Positions 10,328-20,768 of a DNA stretch of 64,000 nucleotides are shown in pieces. Made by a program: the position numbers and the translations under genes. The stretch is from Polyangiales bacterium (GTDB lineage Bacteria > Myxococcota_A > Polyangia > Polyangiales > Ga0077539), in assembly GCA_044229975.1 (NCBI GenBank), contig JBGARZ010000006.1:32001-96000 (forward strand), read 5' to 3'. Each line of letters opens with the position of its first letter. Within the stretch, counting starts at the first letter, position 1. The notes under the pieces were generated by a model. It worked only from the letters and a program-made list of their open reading frames with translations. It was not told the origin of the DNA and did no database searches.

Positions 10328-10427
10328 GGTGGGCGGTACCCTGACGGAGACGGTCACCCGCTGACGATCACACGACGATCACACCGAACAGGGTGCGGGA
10401 CGTGACGCGCAACGAGGGCGCGGGTGC

Positions 10428-11066
10428 TCACTTCGCCGTGAGCAGCGTCACCAGATCACCCGGCGCGTCAGCCACATGTGTCGGCGCGTGCGCCACCAGC
10501 GCGTCGCGCGCGGTGTACCCCCAGCTCACGGCGATGCTCCGCACGCCCGCCTTGGTCGCCGCCTCCACGTCGCGAACCTCGTCCCCGATGTACACGACGT
10601 CCTTCGCCGCCACGCCCGCCCGCGCCATCAGCCGCGTCAGCGCCCGCGCCTTGCCCGACATGCCGACTCCCCCCGCCACGTGCTCAAACATCCGCAGCTC
10701 ATGCTTCGCCAGGAAGCGCTGGATGTTCTCCGTCGAGTTGGTCGACAGCACGCTGCAACGCACCCCGCGCTCGGCCAGCGCGCGCAGCGCCTCGATGATC
10801 CCTTCGTGCGGCTCGATGGCCTCCACGTGAGCGCGCATCGTCTTGCGGATGGTCGCCACCAGCAGCGGCAGCTTCCAGAACGACACCCCGTGCTCCTTCA
10901 GAATCGCGCTCGCCGGGAGCGCCCGCAGCCGCGGCAGCTCTTCGCGCACGACGGGCTTCACCCGGAAGCGCGGCGCGAGCTGGTTGTACTGCGCCAATAC
11001 GAAGTCGAGCGAGTCGGCGATGGTCCCGTCGAAGTCGAAGATCGCGATGGTCGGTGACGTGCTCAT
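10428..11066 (-). CDS. HAD-family hydrolase (phosphoglycolate phosphatase-like)
   Basis: FDFDGTIADS motif I and YIGDE.RD motif IV. Confidence 0.9.
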   Translation of the reverse strand: MSTSPTIAIFDFDGTIADSLDFVLAQYNQLAPRFRVKPVVREELPRLRALPASAILKEHGVSFWKLPLLVATIRKTMRAHVEAIEPHEGIIEALRALAERGVRCSVLSTNSTENIQRFLAKHELRMFEHVAGGVGMSGKARALTRLMARAGVAAKDVVYIGDEVRDVEAATKAGVRSIAVSWGYTARDALVAHAPTHVADAPGDLVTLLTAK

Positions 11067-11069
11067 CGC

Positions 11070-13568
11070 TCAACCCACCGCGCCCGTTGCCATCTCGCCG
11101 CGCACCCGCGCCAGCAGCGCGCCCGCGTCCGGAATCGCCGCGTCCGTCAGCACCGTCCGCAGCCTTCCCCCGCGCGTGAAGTACGTCACGCACGACGAAG
11201 CCCGGTTGCCCCGCAGCATCACCAGCATCTCCTCCAGCACATCCGCCCCCTCGCCCCCCGCGTCGGCGACGAAGCCCGGTGCGAGCCGATCGAGCGCCTC
11301 CATCGTCCGCGCCAGCCCCGCGTCGTCACCCTCACCGCGCTGGAGCAACCCCAGGTTGACCCACGCGCCCACCCGCGACGGGCTCATCGTCACCGCGTGC
11401 TCCAGATCACGCCGCGCCTCCACCCGATGGCCCAGTCGACGGTGCGCCTCGCCCCGATACACGAAGGCCGTCGGACCCGGTGGACCCGACACTTCGATAC
11501 CGCGCTCCAGCACCGCCAGCGCGTCCTCGCAGCGCCCCTCCAGCACCGCCACCGCCATCAACCCGATGAAGGCCCAGCGCGAGCGCTCGTAGCTCGCCAG
11601 CGCCCGATCGAAGCACCGCCGCGCCTCGGCGTACGCGCCCCGGTAGAGGTGCATCTCGCCCTCGTAGTTGTAGGGCTCCGCCGCCCCCGGGTACGCCGCC
11701 CTGATCGCCGCAAACTCCCGCGCGCCCTCCGTCGCATCGACCGTGCTCGTGAAGCGAACCAGCGCCCGCTTCGATCGCACCCGCGCGGAGGTCGTCACGA
11801 AGACCCGCGCGAGCGTTCCGTCGGGGCGCACCACCGTCGGCGTCCACGATCGGTTGCCCCGCAGCGCCGCGAGCCCGCGCGCGAAGAGGGCATCGTCATC
11901 AGCCGGGATGTCCGCGCTGCCCAGCGCCACCAGCGCCGTGACCGTCTCCCGCAGCGAGCGATCGGGTGACCCCGCCGGGAGTCCCCGCCGGGCGCGGATG
12001 ACGTTCTTGACGAGCTGACCCGCGACGTAGGAGGCGCTGTCGTCGCTGAGCTCGCAGCCACGCGCGGCCTCGCGGTGCGCCTCGTCGAGCGACCCGAGGT
12101 GCATCAACGCCTCGGCCCGACCGATGACCGCCTCGGGGTCGCGCGGGTCGATCTGCATCGCGACGTCGAACTCCCGCAACGCGCCCGCGGCATCACCCGC
12201 CAGCATCGTCGCCATCCCACGAAGCACCCGCGCCGCCCCGCTCTCCGGGTGCGATCGCAGCACGTCGTCGGCGCCGGCCAACGCTCCGGCGAGGTCACCG
12301 CGCCAGGCGCGCAGCGTCGCGACGGCGGTGAGCGCGGCCTCGTCGTCGGGCGCCACAGCGAGCACACGCTCGTAGAGGGCGACCGCGCGATCGTAGAGGC
12401 CGAGCGCGCTCGCGAGGGATGCGGCGGTGGGCAGGAGGTCGGCGGCGATCCCGTCGTCGCGAGCGGTCACCGCGTCGAGCAGCGCCCTCGCGTCGGCCTC
12501 GCGTCCCACCGACCACAGCACCCGCGCCGCGCGCAGACGCAGCTCGTCGGAGTCGCCACCGAGCTCGATCGCCGAGTGCGCCCATGCCGCAGCGCCGGCC
12601 TCGTCGTGGAGCTCGGCGAGCAGCGCGGCGCCGGCCATGCGAAGCGGCGCGTGCGAGGGGAAGCGCGCGACCGCCGCGTCGAGGCTCTCGCGGGCCTCGT
12701 GAAACCACCCCATGCGGCGCTGAACCTCGTAGCGCATGCACCACGCGGGCAACGTGGCGGGAGAGCGGGCGAGCAGCGCGTCGAGCGCCTCGACGGCGCG
12801 CGTGGGCGACTGCTGGCAGAAGTGGATGAGCGCTCCTGCGAGGGCCACGGCGAGCGAGTCGGGCCCGGCGATCGCGGCGACGGAGAGAGCACGGCGAGAC
12901 TCGTCGCGACGACCCTCGGAGGCGTGGTCGAGGGCGTCGAAGAGCGATGGGAGCGCGGTAGCGGTGGACGGCGCGCGGAGGTCGGCGGCGAGGAGATCGT
13001 CGAGGCCGACGCCGAGCGGGCCGAGGAAGCTCAACAGGGTGCGCGGATCGCGGGTGACGGGCGGGCGCGGCAGCCACTCGGGCGAGTCGGCGATGTCACC
13101 CGCGGGCGTGGCAGCGGGCACTTCGGGCGGCGGGCGCGGCGACCAGTCCTGCGCGTCGGCGGGGTCGCCTTCGGGCGTGGGCGCAGGCAGCGGAACAAAA
13201 GGCACAGTCGTGGCCACGACGGGCGGCGGAGGCGGCGCGACGGGAGCCGCGAGGACGGCCCAGCGCACGTCGGGTTCGAGCGCGCGCACCGACGTGAAGA
13301 CGCTGGCGACGAGCGGGTTGACGACGGCGGCGCCCGCGGAGGCCCGGACGCGGATGGCGAAGTGGGCGGTGACGAGGCCGCCGTCAGCGGGCGTTCGGCG
13401 GGAGAGGCGCACCTCGGCGCGCGCGCCCTCGACGTGCTGGTAGCGGGCCTCGATGTCGGCGCCGCGGATGTCGGCGCGAACGAAGCGCCACCCCGGCGGG
13501 AGCGTCGGGGCGACCATGCGCCGGACCAAGGCCTCCTGACCTCCGAGAATCATCGCGCCTGCGCTCAT
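11070..13568 (-). CDS. Large TPR-repeat protein
   Basis: Many Ala/Leu-rich TPR helices (e.g. AVALYERVLAVAPDD, AWVNLGLL). Start inferred at MSAGAM. Confidence 0.75.
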   Translation of the reverse strand: MSAGAMILGGQEALVRRMVAPTLPPGWRFVRADIRGADIEARYQHVEGARAEVRLSRRTPADGGLVTAHFAIRVRASAGAAVVNPLVASVFTSVRALEPDVRWAVLAAPVAPPPPPVVATTVPFVPLPAPTPEGDPADAQDWSPRPPPEVPAATPAGDIADSPEWLPRPPVTRDPRTLLSFLGPLGVGLDDLLAADLRAPSTATALPSLFDALDHASEGRRDESRRALSVAAIAGPDSLAVALAGALIHFCQQSPTRAVEALDALLARSPATLPAWCMRYEVQRRMGWFHEARESLDAAVARFPSHAPLRMAGAALLAELHDEAGAAAWAHSAIELGGDSDELRLRAARVLWSVGREADARALLDAVTARDDGIAADLLPTAASLASALGLYDRAVALYERVLAVAPDDEAALTAVATLRAWRGDLAGALAGADDVLRSHPESGAARVLRGMATMLAGDAAGALREFDVAMQIDPRDPEAVIGRAEALMHLGSLDEAHREAARGCELSDDSASYVAGQLVKNVIRARRGLPAGSPDRSLRETVTALVALGSADIPADDDALFARGLAALRGNRSWTPTVVRPDGTLARVFVTTSARVRSKRALVRFTSTVDATEGAREFAAIRAAYPGAAEPYNYEGEMHLYRGAYAEARRCFDRALASYERSRWAFIGLMAVAVLEGRCEDALAVLERGIEVSGPPGPTAFVYRGEAHRRLGHRVEARRDLEHAVTMSPSRVGAWVNLGLLQRGEGDDAGLARTMEALDRLAPGFVADAGGEGADVLEEMLVMLRGNRASSCVTYFTRGGRLRTVLTDAAIPDAGALLARVRGEMATGAVG

Positions 13569-13647
13569 AGCGGTCTTCACGGCGCGCGACCAGACCACCC
13601 ACCCATCGACACGCCGCGCCCCGTGGTGCTCTCCTCCGCGGCACCCC

Positions 13648-15123
13648 ATGGCCCTCGCACCCATCGACCGCCTCGCCCTCCTCACCGCCCCGCAGGCCGC
13701 CGCGCTCCGTGCGCGCTTCGTCGAGGTCCGCTACGACGAGTCCGCCATCGGGCGCGGCGAGTCCATCGCAGGGACCCAGTTCGATGCCCTGCGGCTCCCG
13801 CTGGTGCACGACGCGCTCCGCCTCGACGACGCGCCCGCGAGCGACCTCGCGCTGCTCTTCGCCTACTACGCCGGCGTCACCCGCGAGCGCCTCGACCGCG
13901 CCCTCACCCCCGCGCTCGCCGCCCTCGCGCTCGACCTCGGGCTCGTCACGCAAGGCGACGACGGCCTCGTCCGCTCGCCCTTTCTCCTCATGCCCTTCGT
14001 CGGGTTGTGGCTCCTGTCCGATCCGCTCTCCGACGACGGCGATGCCGTCATGGGCCCCGGCCCCACCACCAACCAGCTCGCCCGGCTCGTCCCGTGGCGC
14101 TGCCCTCCGTCGGTGCTCGACGTCGGCTGCGGCGCCGGAACCCTCGCCCTCCTCGCCGCCGCCCGCGGCAGCACCCACGCCGTCGGAACCGACATCAACC
14201 CCCGCGCCATCCCCATGGCCCGCTTCAACGCCGCGCTCAACGATCTCTCCGCGGAGTTCTTCGCGGGCGACCTCTACGCCCCCGTCGGCGACCGCCGCTT
14301 CGACCTCATCCTCTCGCAGCCGCCCTTCGTCCCGAAGGCGCCCGAGAGCCGCGACGTCGTGTACCTGTACGGTGGGTCCTTCGGCGACGAGCTCGCCCTC
14401 TCGCTGCTCGCGCAGACCCCCGCCCGGCTCAACCCCAACGGCCGCGCGCTGGTGCTCCTCGACACGCCCATCCGCCCCGACGCTCCGCTGCACGCGCGGG
14501 TGCGCTCCGCCATCGGCGACGCCCCCGTCGACCTCGCGCTGTTCACCACCGCCGGCATGTCGCCCGACATGGTGTCCATCGGGTACAGCGCCCGCTCGCT
14601 CGTCGACCTCGACGCCTACGCCGTCGACGTGCGACAGCACCGCGCGCACCTCCACTCGCTCGGGGTGACGGAGTTCACGCACGCCGTGGTGATGCTGCTC
14701 GCGCCGGGCGGACGCTTCACCATCACCCTGCCGGTGCGCTCCCTCGACGCGCTCGACGGCGACTCGCTGGAGCGCTGGAGCGACGCCATCGACCTCGCGT
14801 CGGGCGACGACCACGCGCTGCGCTCGGCCGCCCTCCAGACCGCGCCGGGGTTGGTGTTCGTCGAGGAGCGCGCGACCCCCGACCGCAGCATCGAGCCGAA
14901 GTGGTGGGTGCGCGCCGAGCGCGGTGTGGCCACGAGCCGCGAGCTCACCGAAGCGAGCTGGGCCCTGCTGGAGTGCGTCGCCACGACCGCCACCGTCGAC
15001 GAGGCCATCGCGGCCTACGCCGAACTCTGCCAGGCCACACCCACCGAGGTGCGCCCGCAGGTGCTCGGCTTCGTGCGCGAACAGCTCGCCAAGGGATTGC
15101 TCGTCCGCGCCTCCGCGGAGTGA
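13648..15123 (+). CDS. Class I SAM-dependent N-methyltransferase (HemK/MTS-like) with PqqD-like C-terminal winged helix
   Basis: VLDVGCGAG, TDINPRA and SQPPF motifs. The C-terminus TVDEAIAAYAELCQ...VLGFVREQLAKGLL looks PqqD-like. Confidence 0.8.
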   Translation: MALAPIDRLALLTAPQAAALRARFVEVRYDESAIGRGESIAGTQFDALRLPLVHDALRLDDAPASDLALLFAYYAGVTRERLDRALTPALAALALDLGLVTQGDDGLVRSPFLLMPFVGLWLLSDPLSDDGDAVMGPGPTTNQLARLVPWRCPPSVLDVGCGAGTLALLAAARGSTHAVGTDINPRAIPMARFNAALNDLSAEFFAGDLYAPVGDRRFDLILSQPPFVPKAPESRDVVYLYGGSFGDELALSLLAQTPARLNPNGRALVLLDTPIRPDAPLHARVRSAIGDAPVDLALFTTAGMSPDMVSIGYSARSLVDLDAYAVDVRQHRAHLHSLGVTEFTHAVVMLLAPGGRFTITLPVRSLDALDGDSLERWSDAIDLASGDDHALRSAALQTAPGLVFVEERATPDRSIEPKWWVRAERGVATSRELTEASWALLECVATTATVDEAIAAYAELCQATPTEVRPQVLGFVREQLAKGLLVRASAE

Positions 15124-15162
15124 GCTACCCGTCGAGCGGCGGAGGTACTACTACCCGTGGCC

Positions 15163-15699
15163 ATGCTCGCCGTTCACCTCCCCTCGCTGGCGCGGAAGTA
15201 CCGCGCGCTCCTCGCGCTGCGGGCCGAGCACGCGCGGGACGGCGTCGCGGCCGACCGTGAGCGATTGCGGGCGTTGGCGGCGGAGTTTCCGGGTGCCTTG
15301 CGCGAGCTCGACGCGCTGCCCGTGGCGGAGATGGAGGCGCGCGTCGCGGCGCTCGAAGCGGGCGGCGACGCGGCGCCGTGGATGACGGCGATGGCCGGCT
15401 ACCACGCGCTGATGCGAGCGGCGCTGGCGATCAAGCGGGCCTACGCCGCGGGCGAGACGGCGGAGGGCGAGGCGGTGCGCGCGGCGGTGGAGTCCCTGCG
15501 CGCGGAGTGCGGGATCACGCTGGACGGTGACGACCTCACGGCCATCGCGACGCCGCCGCGCGGGAGGGTCGGGGTGTTCGTGTTCGGGCGGCTGGGGCGG
15601 GCGCTCGGGCGCGACCCCGACGAGCTCTGGCAGGCGATGTTTCCGACGAGCCGCGCAGACCGCTTCGCGCCGCTGGACAGAGGGATGAGCGATGAGTGA
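15163..15699 (+). CDS. Hypothetical protein
   Basis: ORF with host-like codon usage whose 3' end overlaps the start of the next gene. Confidence 0.65.
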   Translation: MLAVHLPSLARKYRALLALRAEHARDGVAADRERLRALAAEFPGALRELDALPVAEMEARVAALEAGGDAAPWMTAMAGYHALMRAALAIKRAYAAGETAEGEAVRAAVESLRAECGITLDGDDLTAIATPPRGRVGVFVFGRLGRALGRDPDELWQAMFPTSRADRFAPLDRGMSDE

Positions 15700-16588
15700 C
15701 CCGGTGGATTTCGACGACGTGGCGGGCGAGCGGGCGGCGCTCGACGCGCTGTCGCCCGCGCTGGACGAGCGGCTCTACGCGCGATGGATCGCGGGGCCTG
15801 CGCCCCTGGCGGCGGGCGCGGCGCTGGTGCGGCGGGGTGACGTTCGGGCGACGCCGGGGGTGCTGGGCGCGGCGGTGTTTCTGGCGGCGGACGACCTGGC
15901 GACGCTGCGCTCGGCGGGCGCCGCGGGCAGCGACGCGCTGGCGGCGGTGATGCTGTGCACATGGACGCCGGTGGCGCAGCGGGTGGCGGCGGCGGAGGCG
16001 CTGGCGGGCGCGACGGTGACGTCGGCGATGTACGCGGCGCTGGCCGAGGTGGTGGCGGGGCCGAAGGTTCCGGTGCGGGCGTCGGCGGAGCGGGTGCTGG
16101 CGGACGTGGCGCCGCAGGCGGCGGGCGCGACGCGCGAGGCGGGCGAGCGGTGGCGGCTCTACGCGAAGCAGATGCGGGACGGGAAGCGCAACCCACTGCA
16201 ACGGCAGGAGCTGCAACGGGCCATCGCGGCGGCGGACGTGCACCCGGTGGTGGGGCTGCTGCTGGGCGACGACGGGGGCTTCCTGGCGGGGGTGGTTCCG
16301 CCGATCGACGACGCGGCGAGGGGGCCGTTGTTGCCGTACCTGATGGCCGCGGCGCGCACCGACCAGGAGGCGTTACGGGGGAAGGTATTCGGCGTGTTTC
16401 AGCGACGGTGGCGCGAGGTCGCGGCGGGCACGCTGTCGGCGCTGGCGCGGACGCCGTTGAAGGCGCGCGAGGCGGGCACCGGGGCGCTGGCGGTGCGGGC
16501 GTTGGTCGCGATGGGCGACGCGGAGGCGGTGGCCGCGGCGGCGGCGTTCGGCGGGGCGGCGGCGAAGGCCGAGGCGACGAAGCGGTAG
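15692..16588 (+). CDS. Hypothetical helical protein
   Basis: ORF overlapping the previous stop, with a GC3 bias. Confidence 0.6.
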   Translation: MSDPVDFDDVAGERAALDALSPALDERLYARWIAGPAPLAAGAALVRRGDVRATPGVLGAAVFLAADDLATLRSAGAAGSDALAAVMLCTWTPVAQRVAAAEALAGATVTSAMYAALAEVVAGPKVPVRASAERVLADVAPQAAGATREAGERWRLYAKQMRDGKRNPLQRQELQRAIAAADVHPVVGLLLGDDGGFLAGVVPPIDDAARGPLLPYLMAAARTDQEALRGKVFGVFQRRWREVAAGTLSALARTPLKAREAGTGALAVRALVAMGDAEAVAAAAAFGGAAAKAEATKR

Positions 16589-16636
16589 GGCGACGGGCGC
16601 GTCGCTGTGCAGTGAAGTGCTGTCGTGCCCCTCGCG

Positions 16637-17806
16637 CTACGGCGCGCCGCACATGCCGGGCACCGGGCCCGACGTGGTCGCGAGGACCAGCGCGCGCACC
16701 GCCTCGAAGCCGACGCCGATGCCGATGCCGCCCGCGGGGTTGTCGCACGAGCGCTCGCCGTTGCGCGCGGGGGTCGCCATGTCGGCGAAGCCCTGGATGA
16801 GCGGCGCGAGCGCGTCTCGCAACTGCATGAGCGCAGGCACGGTGGTGATCGTCTCGATGAGCTCGGTCTGATCGATGTAGCCACCGAGGTTGCCGAGCGT
16901 TCCGCTGGTCTCGGTCAGCGACACGCGGAGCTGAGGGGCGCGGAGGTGGGAGGTGCCGCCGAAGCCGAGCGCGAAGGGCAAGGCGCTCGTCGCCGTGGCC
17001 GCGACCCGCAACCGTCCGCGGACGATGCTGCCGGTGAAGCGCAGGCGCGCGGAGCCCGGATCACCCGCGGTCGTCAGGTGCCGGTTGTCGATGGCGTACG
17101 GCTGCCGCGGCTGACCGATGCTCGCGCACTCCGCGAAGAGCGGGCGCGCGTCCGGGTAGAGGCTCACTGTCACCGCGGGGTCGTCGAGGTCGGGTCCGAG
17201 CGTCCCGTCCACATCGGCGACGCGCAGGAGGATCAGCCCGCGCCCCCGCGAGGACCTCTGGCCGGGGCACGCCCCGACGTTCGTGCCCTGATGGAACTGC
17301 TCGAAGAGCTGGGCGACGTTGGCGTACTGGTTGTCGACGCCGCCCTGGCAGCCTGATCCTCCGGTGCAGCCGTCGCGGTTCTGATCGGGGTCGACGGTCG
17401 AGACGTAGTCGCCGTGCGAGCAGTCCTGGGCGGCCTGCGTGGAGGTGATGCTCGGAGAGAAGCGACCGTCCAGGTTGAAGCCGTAGAAGCCGCGGGTCGA
17501 TGGAGGCTCCGCGTACTGGTCGACGACGAAGCGGTGGATCACGAAGTCGTAGGTGCGCGGATCGGCCGGGGGGACCGCGCCCGGTGACGCGTCGGGGACG
17601 TCGGGGACATCGGGCGCTCCGCCGTCGTCAGTCGACGCGTCGGCGGACGAGTCGTCGCGGCACAACGCTTCGCCGGGGGGAGCTGCGTCGCCGAGGTCGA
17701 AGAACGAGAAGCCCTCGAAGTTGCAAACGACAACGGGGTGGCAGCCACCCAGCAGCGCGCAGAGCGCGAGCGATCCGATGCGTGTGTGCGGCCCCTGCGG
17801 TGCCAT
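16637..17806 (-). CDS. Hypothetical lipoprotein
   Basis: Lipobox LLGGC, a D-rich linker, and GFNLDG and GVDNQ motifs of the kind seen in myxobacterial surface proteins. Confidence 0.7.
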   Translation of the reverse strand: MAPQGPHTRIGSLALCALLGGCHPVVVCNFEGFSFFDLGDAAPPGEALCRDDSSADASTDDGGAPDVPDVPDASPGAVPPADPRTYDFVIHRFVVDQYAEPPSTRGFYGFNLDGRFSPSITSTQAAQDCSHGDYVSTVDPDQNRDGCTGGSGCQGGVDNQYANVAQLFEQFHQGTNVGACPGQRSSRGRGLILLRVADVDGTLGPDLDDPAVTVSLYPDARPLFAECASIGQPRQPYAIDNRHLTTAGDPGSARLRFTGSIVRGRLRVAATATSALPFALGFGGTSHLRAPQLRVSLTETSGTLGNLGGYIDQTELIETITTVPALMQLRDALAPLIQGFADMATPARNGERSCDNPAGGIGIGVGFEAVRALVLATTSGPVPGMCGAP

Positions 17807-17918
17807 CCGCGACGACGGTGTGCCCAGTCAGCGTCTGGCGTCAAAGCCCCTGGACGTCGCCGCGCAGGGCCGCCATCGCTTCCCAACACATCCCGGCGCT
17901 ACCATCGCCGCCAGACCG

Positions 17919-19379
17919 ATGCGCACCAAAGCCACCGCTGCACCGCGACGTCGTCCGCTGCTCGCCGTCCTGCGCTTCGTCCTCTCGTTTCTCTGGCTCG
18001 CGCTCGTCGTCGTCGCACCGCTCGTCGCCGCCTGGGTCGCGTCGTCGCTCGCCGCCCACGCGGGCGCCTCGACCCGGCTCGCGCTCGCCTCCGCGCTGCT
18101 CGTCTTCCCCGTCGTCCCGCTGCTCTGGGAGGCCGTCGCCGCGTGGCGCCGCTCCCGACGCCCCGCCACCGAGCGCTTCCTCACGCTCTCCGATCGCCTC
18201 GTGCTGCGCACCCTCGCGGTGAGCTTCGTCTTCGTCGGCGCCCTCCTCGCGCGCAGCCCGCAGCGCGCCTTCGAGGCCCTCAACGGACGCGGCGACTGGA
18301 TGCTCGACGGCCGCCACGACCGCCGCGCCGAGACCGCCCGCCGCGGCCTGTTCTGGGTCGCCACGAAGTCCGCCTGGCTCTACCGCCTCGCCAACGCTCC
18401 GCCGCCGCGTCCGCAGCCGCTCCCCGAGCGCGAGGTCGCCCGCGTCGACCCGACGCCGTCCGACACCGAGTCCGCCACGGCGCCAGTTCTACCGCCTCCG
18501 CCGCGCGACCCGCACGCGTGGCCCTGGCCCGACGACGGGCCGCACGCCGCGGTGCTCGCGCTCACGCCCGCTGACGAGACCTCGCCCGAGGCTGTCGGCC
18601 GCTTCCTCGCCGCTCACGAGCACGACCAGTGGCACCTCGCCCGCGCGGTGCACGACTACGTCGCCGACCGCATCGCCTACGACGTCCCCTCGTACCGCGC
18701 GCACCGCTATCCCCCGCAGGACGCCGAGACGACGTTTCGCACGCGCCTCTCGGTGTGCGCGGGCTACGCCGCCCTCTTCACGGCCGTCGGTCGCGCGGCG
18801 GGGCTCACCGTCGAGACCGTCGTAGGCCGCGCGCGGCACGCGGTCACCGACGGCATGGGCGAAGGCCACGCCTGGAACGCCGTGAAGCTCGACGACCACT
18901 GGTACCTCGTCGACACCACCTGGGACGCGGGCGGAGTCGACGCTCAGGGCTTCCACAAGCGTTACGGGACCAGGTATTTCCTGACGCCCCCGGAGGTCTT
19001 CTTCTCGAAGCACTACCCCGACGAAGATCGCTGGCAGCTCCTTCCGGTTGTGCGCACGCCGGGTGACTTTCTTCGCACGCCGCCGCTCCGCCCCGAGTTC
19101 TTCGGATACGGCCTGCGCCTCGTGAGCCCCGACCGCGCCGAGAGCGACGCGCGCTCCTTCGTCAACGTCGTGATCGACAACCCGCGGCACGTCTGGATGA
19201 TGGTCTCCGTCCACCCGGAAGGGGGCGAGGAGACCCGCTGCGAGGTCACCCGTGGAGCGTCCACGACCGCCCGCTGCCCGCTCCGCGGCACAGACCTCCA
19301 CGAGGTCGTGTTCTTCGCATCGAACCAGCGCTACGGCAGCTACGAAGGCGTCGGCTCGCTGAGCGTGCACAACCGCTGA
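17919..19379 (+). CDS. Membrane-anchored transglutaminase-like domain protein
   Basis: N-terminal TM helices and a Cys-His-Asp triad: VCAGYA, HAWNAV, DTTW. Confidence 0.85.
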   Translation: MRTKATAAPRRRPLLAVLRFVLSFLWLALVVVAPLVAAWVASSLAAHAGASTRLALASALLVFPVVPLLWEAVAAWRRSRRPATERFLTLSDRLVLRTLAVSFVFVGALLARSPQRAFEALNGRGDWMLDGRHDRRAETARRGLFWVATKSAWLYRLANAPPPRPQPLPEREVARVDPTPSDTESATAPVLPPPPRDPHAWPWPDDGPHAAVLALTPADETSPEAVGRFLAAHEHDQWHLARAVHDYVADRIAYDVPSYRAHRYPPQDAETTFRTRLSVCAGYAALFTAVGRAAGLTVETVVGRARHAVTDGMGEGHAWNAVKLDDHWYLVDTTWDAGGVDAQGFHKRYGTRYFLTPPEVFFSKHYPDEDRWQLLPVVRTPGDFLRTPPLRPEFFGYGLRLVSPDRAESDARSFVNVVIDNPRHVWMMVSVHPEGGEETRCEVTRGASTTARCPLRGTDLHEVVFFASNQRYGSYEGVGSLSVHNR

Positions 19380-19532
19380 CGCCGCAGGTCGCGCCGACCT
19401 CGCGCGAGTTGCGCCGAATCTGCTCAATCACCACAACCACCCGTGCCACGAAACGCGCTCAACGCCGCGCGGGCACGATCGCTGCTCAAGGGACACCTCG
19501 TCCTTCCCCACTTCCAACGAGGTCTAGATCCC

Positions 19533-20750
19533 ATGAAGCATCTCGCGCGCACTCCACTCGTCACCGGCGCTCTCGTCGCAGCGCTCGCCGCCGCCTGCGG
19601 ATCGTCCTCCAGCGCCGTCGACTCCGGCGCTCCCGACACCGGGACGACGACCGACGCGGGCACCACCACCGACGTCGGGACGACCCCTGACGCAGGCACG
19701 CGGACCGACACCGGAACGTCCACGGACACCGGCACGACCACCGACGCGGGCACCGACACCGGGATCCCCGATGCTGGCACCAGCACCGATGCCGGAACCG
19801 ACGCGGGCCCCCAACAGCCCGGTGCGATGCGCGTCGCCTACGTCGAATACACCGCGGCGGGTCGCCCGCTCCTCTGGGTGCAGCGCCCCGACGGAACCGA
19901 CCGTCGACAGCTCCACTTCACCGGCATCGTCGACGACGTCCCCGAGCAGGACCCGTCCGCGCCGACCGTTACCGACGACCATGTGCGGAGCGTTCATCAG
20001 CTCGCGTGGAGCCCGGATGGTGTGCACCTCGCGGTGGTGGTCTCGACGGCCATCGACCAGGGCGAGGTGGTGGTGCTCGACGCCGACGCCGGGGGCGGCG
20101 CGGTCGTCAGCTACAACGGGCAGTACGTGATGCCCGCGCTCGACTGGTCGGCCGACGGTCGCAAGCTCGCGTTCGTGATGAGCACGCAGCCGCGCGCCCG
20201 TGGCCTGGAGCTGGTGGTCTCCGATGTCCCCGCGCACCGCTGGCGACGCGTGACCACGGGCGCCAACCTGCGCGGCGTCTCGGTGCAGCTCCGCTTCGTT
20301 CCTGATGGCAACACGGTCATCGTGTCGCGCGTCGAGGACCAGGGGACCTCGGCCCCGTGGGACTGGCACTCGACGCTCCTCCGCGTCGACGTCGCGACGG
20401 GTGTGCGACCCACCATCGAGACCCTCTTCACGGGGCGCATCGACGCCATGCGCCGCGACCTCACCGCCGTGTACGCGATGCGCAACCGCACCGACGGCGG
20501 CGGCACGCTCGTCGCGCGCGGCATCGAGATCAGCAGCGCCGACTCGGTGGTCGCCGACAGCCCCACGCTCATCTCGGCGGCCGCGACCCCGCGCGACGGA
20601 ACGCTCCTCCTCACCCACGACGCCCGCAGCGCCGGCAGCACCGACAACGCGTTCCAGTACCGGGTGGTGCGACTGCCCGACGACACGACGCGCATCGATG
20701 TTCCGCCCGCGGTCGAGCGCATCGCGGTGTGGGTCGACCCGACGCCGTAA
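19533..20750 (+). CDS. TolB-like beta-propeller lipoprotein with DTG/DAG repeat linker
   Basis: Lipobox LAAAC, (D-A/T/V-G-T-T-T)n linker, and WSPDG and WSADG motifs. Confidence 0.75.
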   Translation: MKHLARTPLVTGALVAALAAACGSSSSAVDSGAPDTGTTTDAGTTTDVGTTPDAGTRTDTGTSTDTGTTTDAGTDTGIPDAGTSTDAGTDAGPQQPGAMRVAYVEYTAAGRPLLWVQRPDGTDRRQLHFTGIVDDVPEQDPSAPTVTDDHVRSVHQLAWSPDGVHLAVVVSTAIDQGEVVVLDADAGGGAVVSYNGQYVMPALDWSADGRKLAFVMSTQPRARGLELVVSDVPAHRWRRVTTGANLRGVSVQLRFVPDGNTVIVSRVEDQGTSAPWDWHSTLLRVDVATGVRPTIETLFTGRIDAMRRDLTAVYAMRNRTDGGGTLVARGIEISSADSVVADSPTLISAAATPRDGTLLLTHDARSAGSTDNAFQYRVVRLPDDTTRIDVPPAVERIAVWVDPTP

Positions 20751-20768
20751 GGTACTGTCCGCGGCGCC

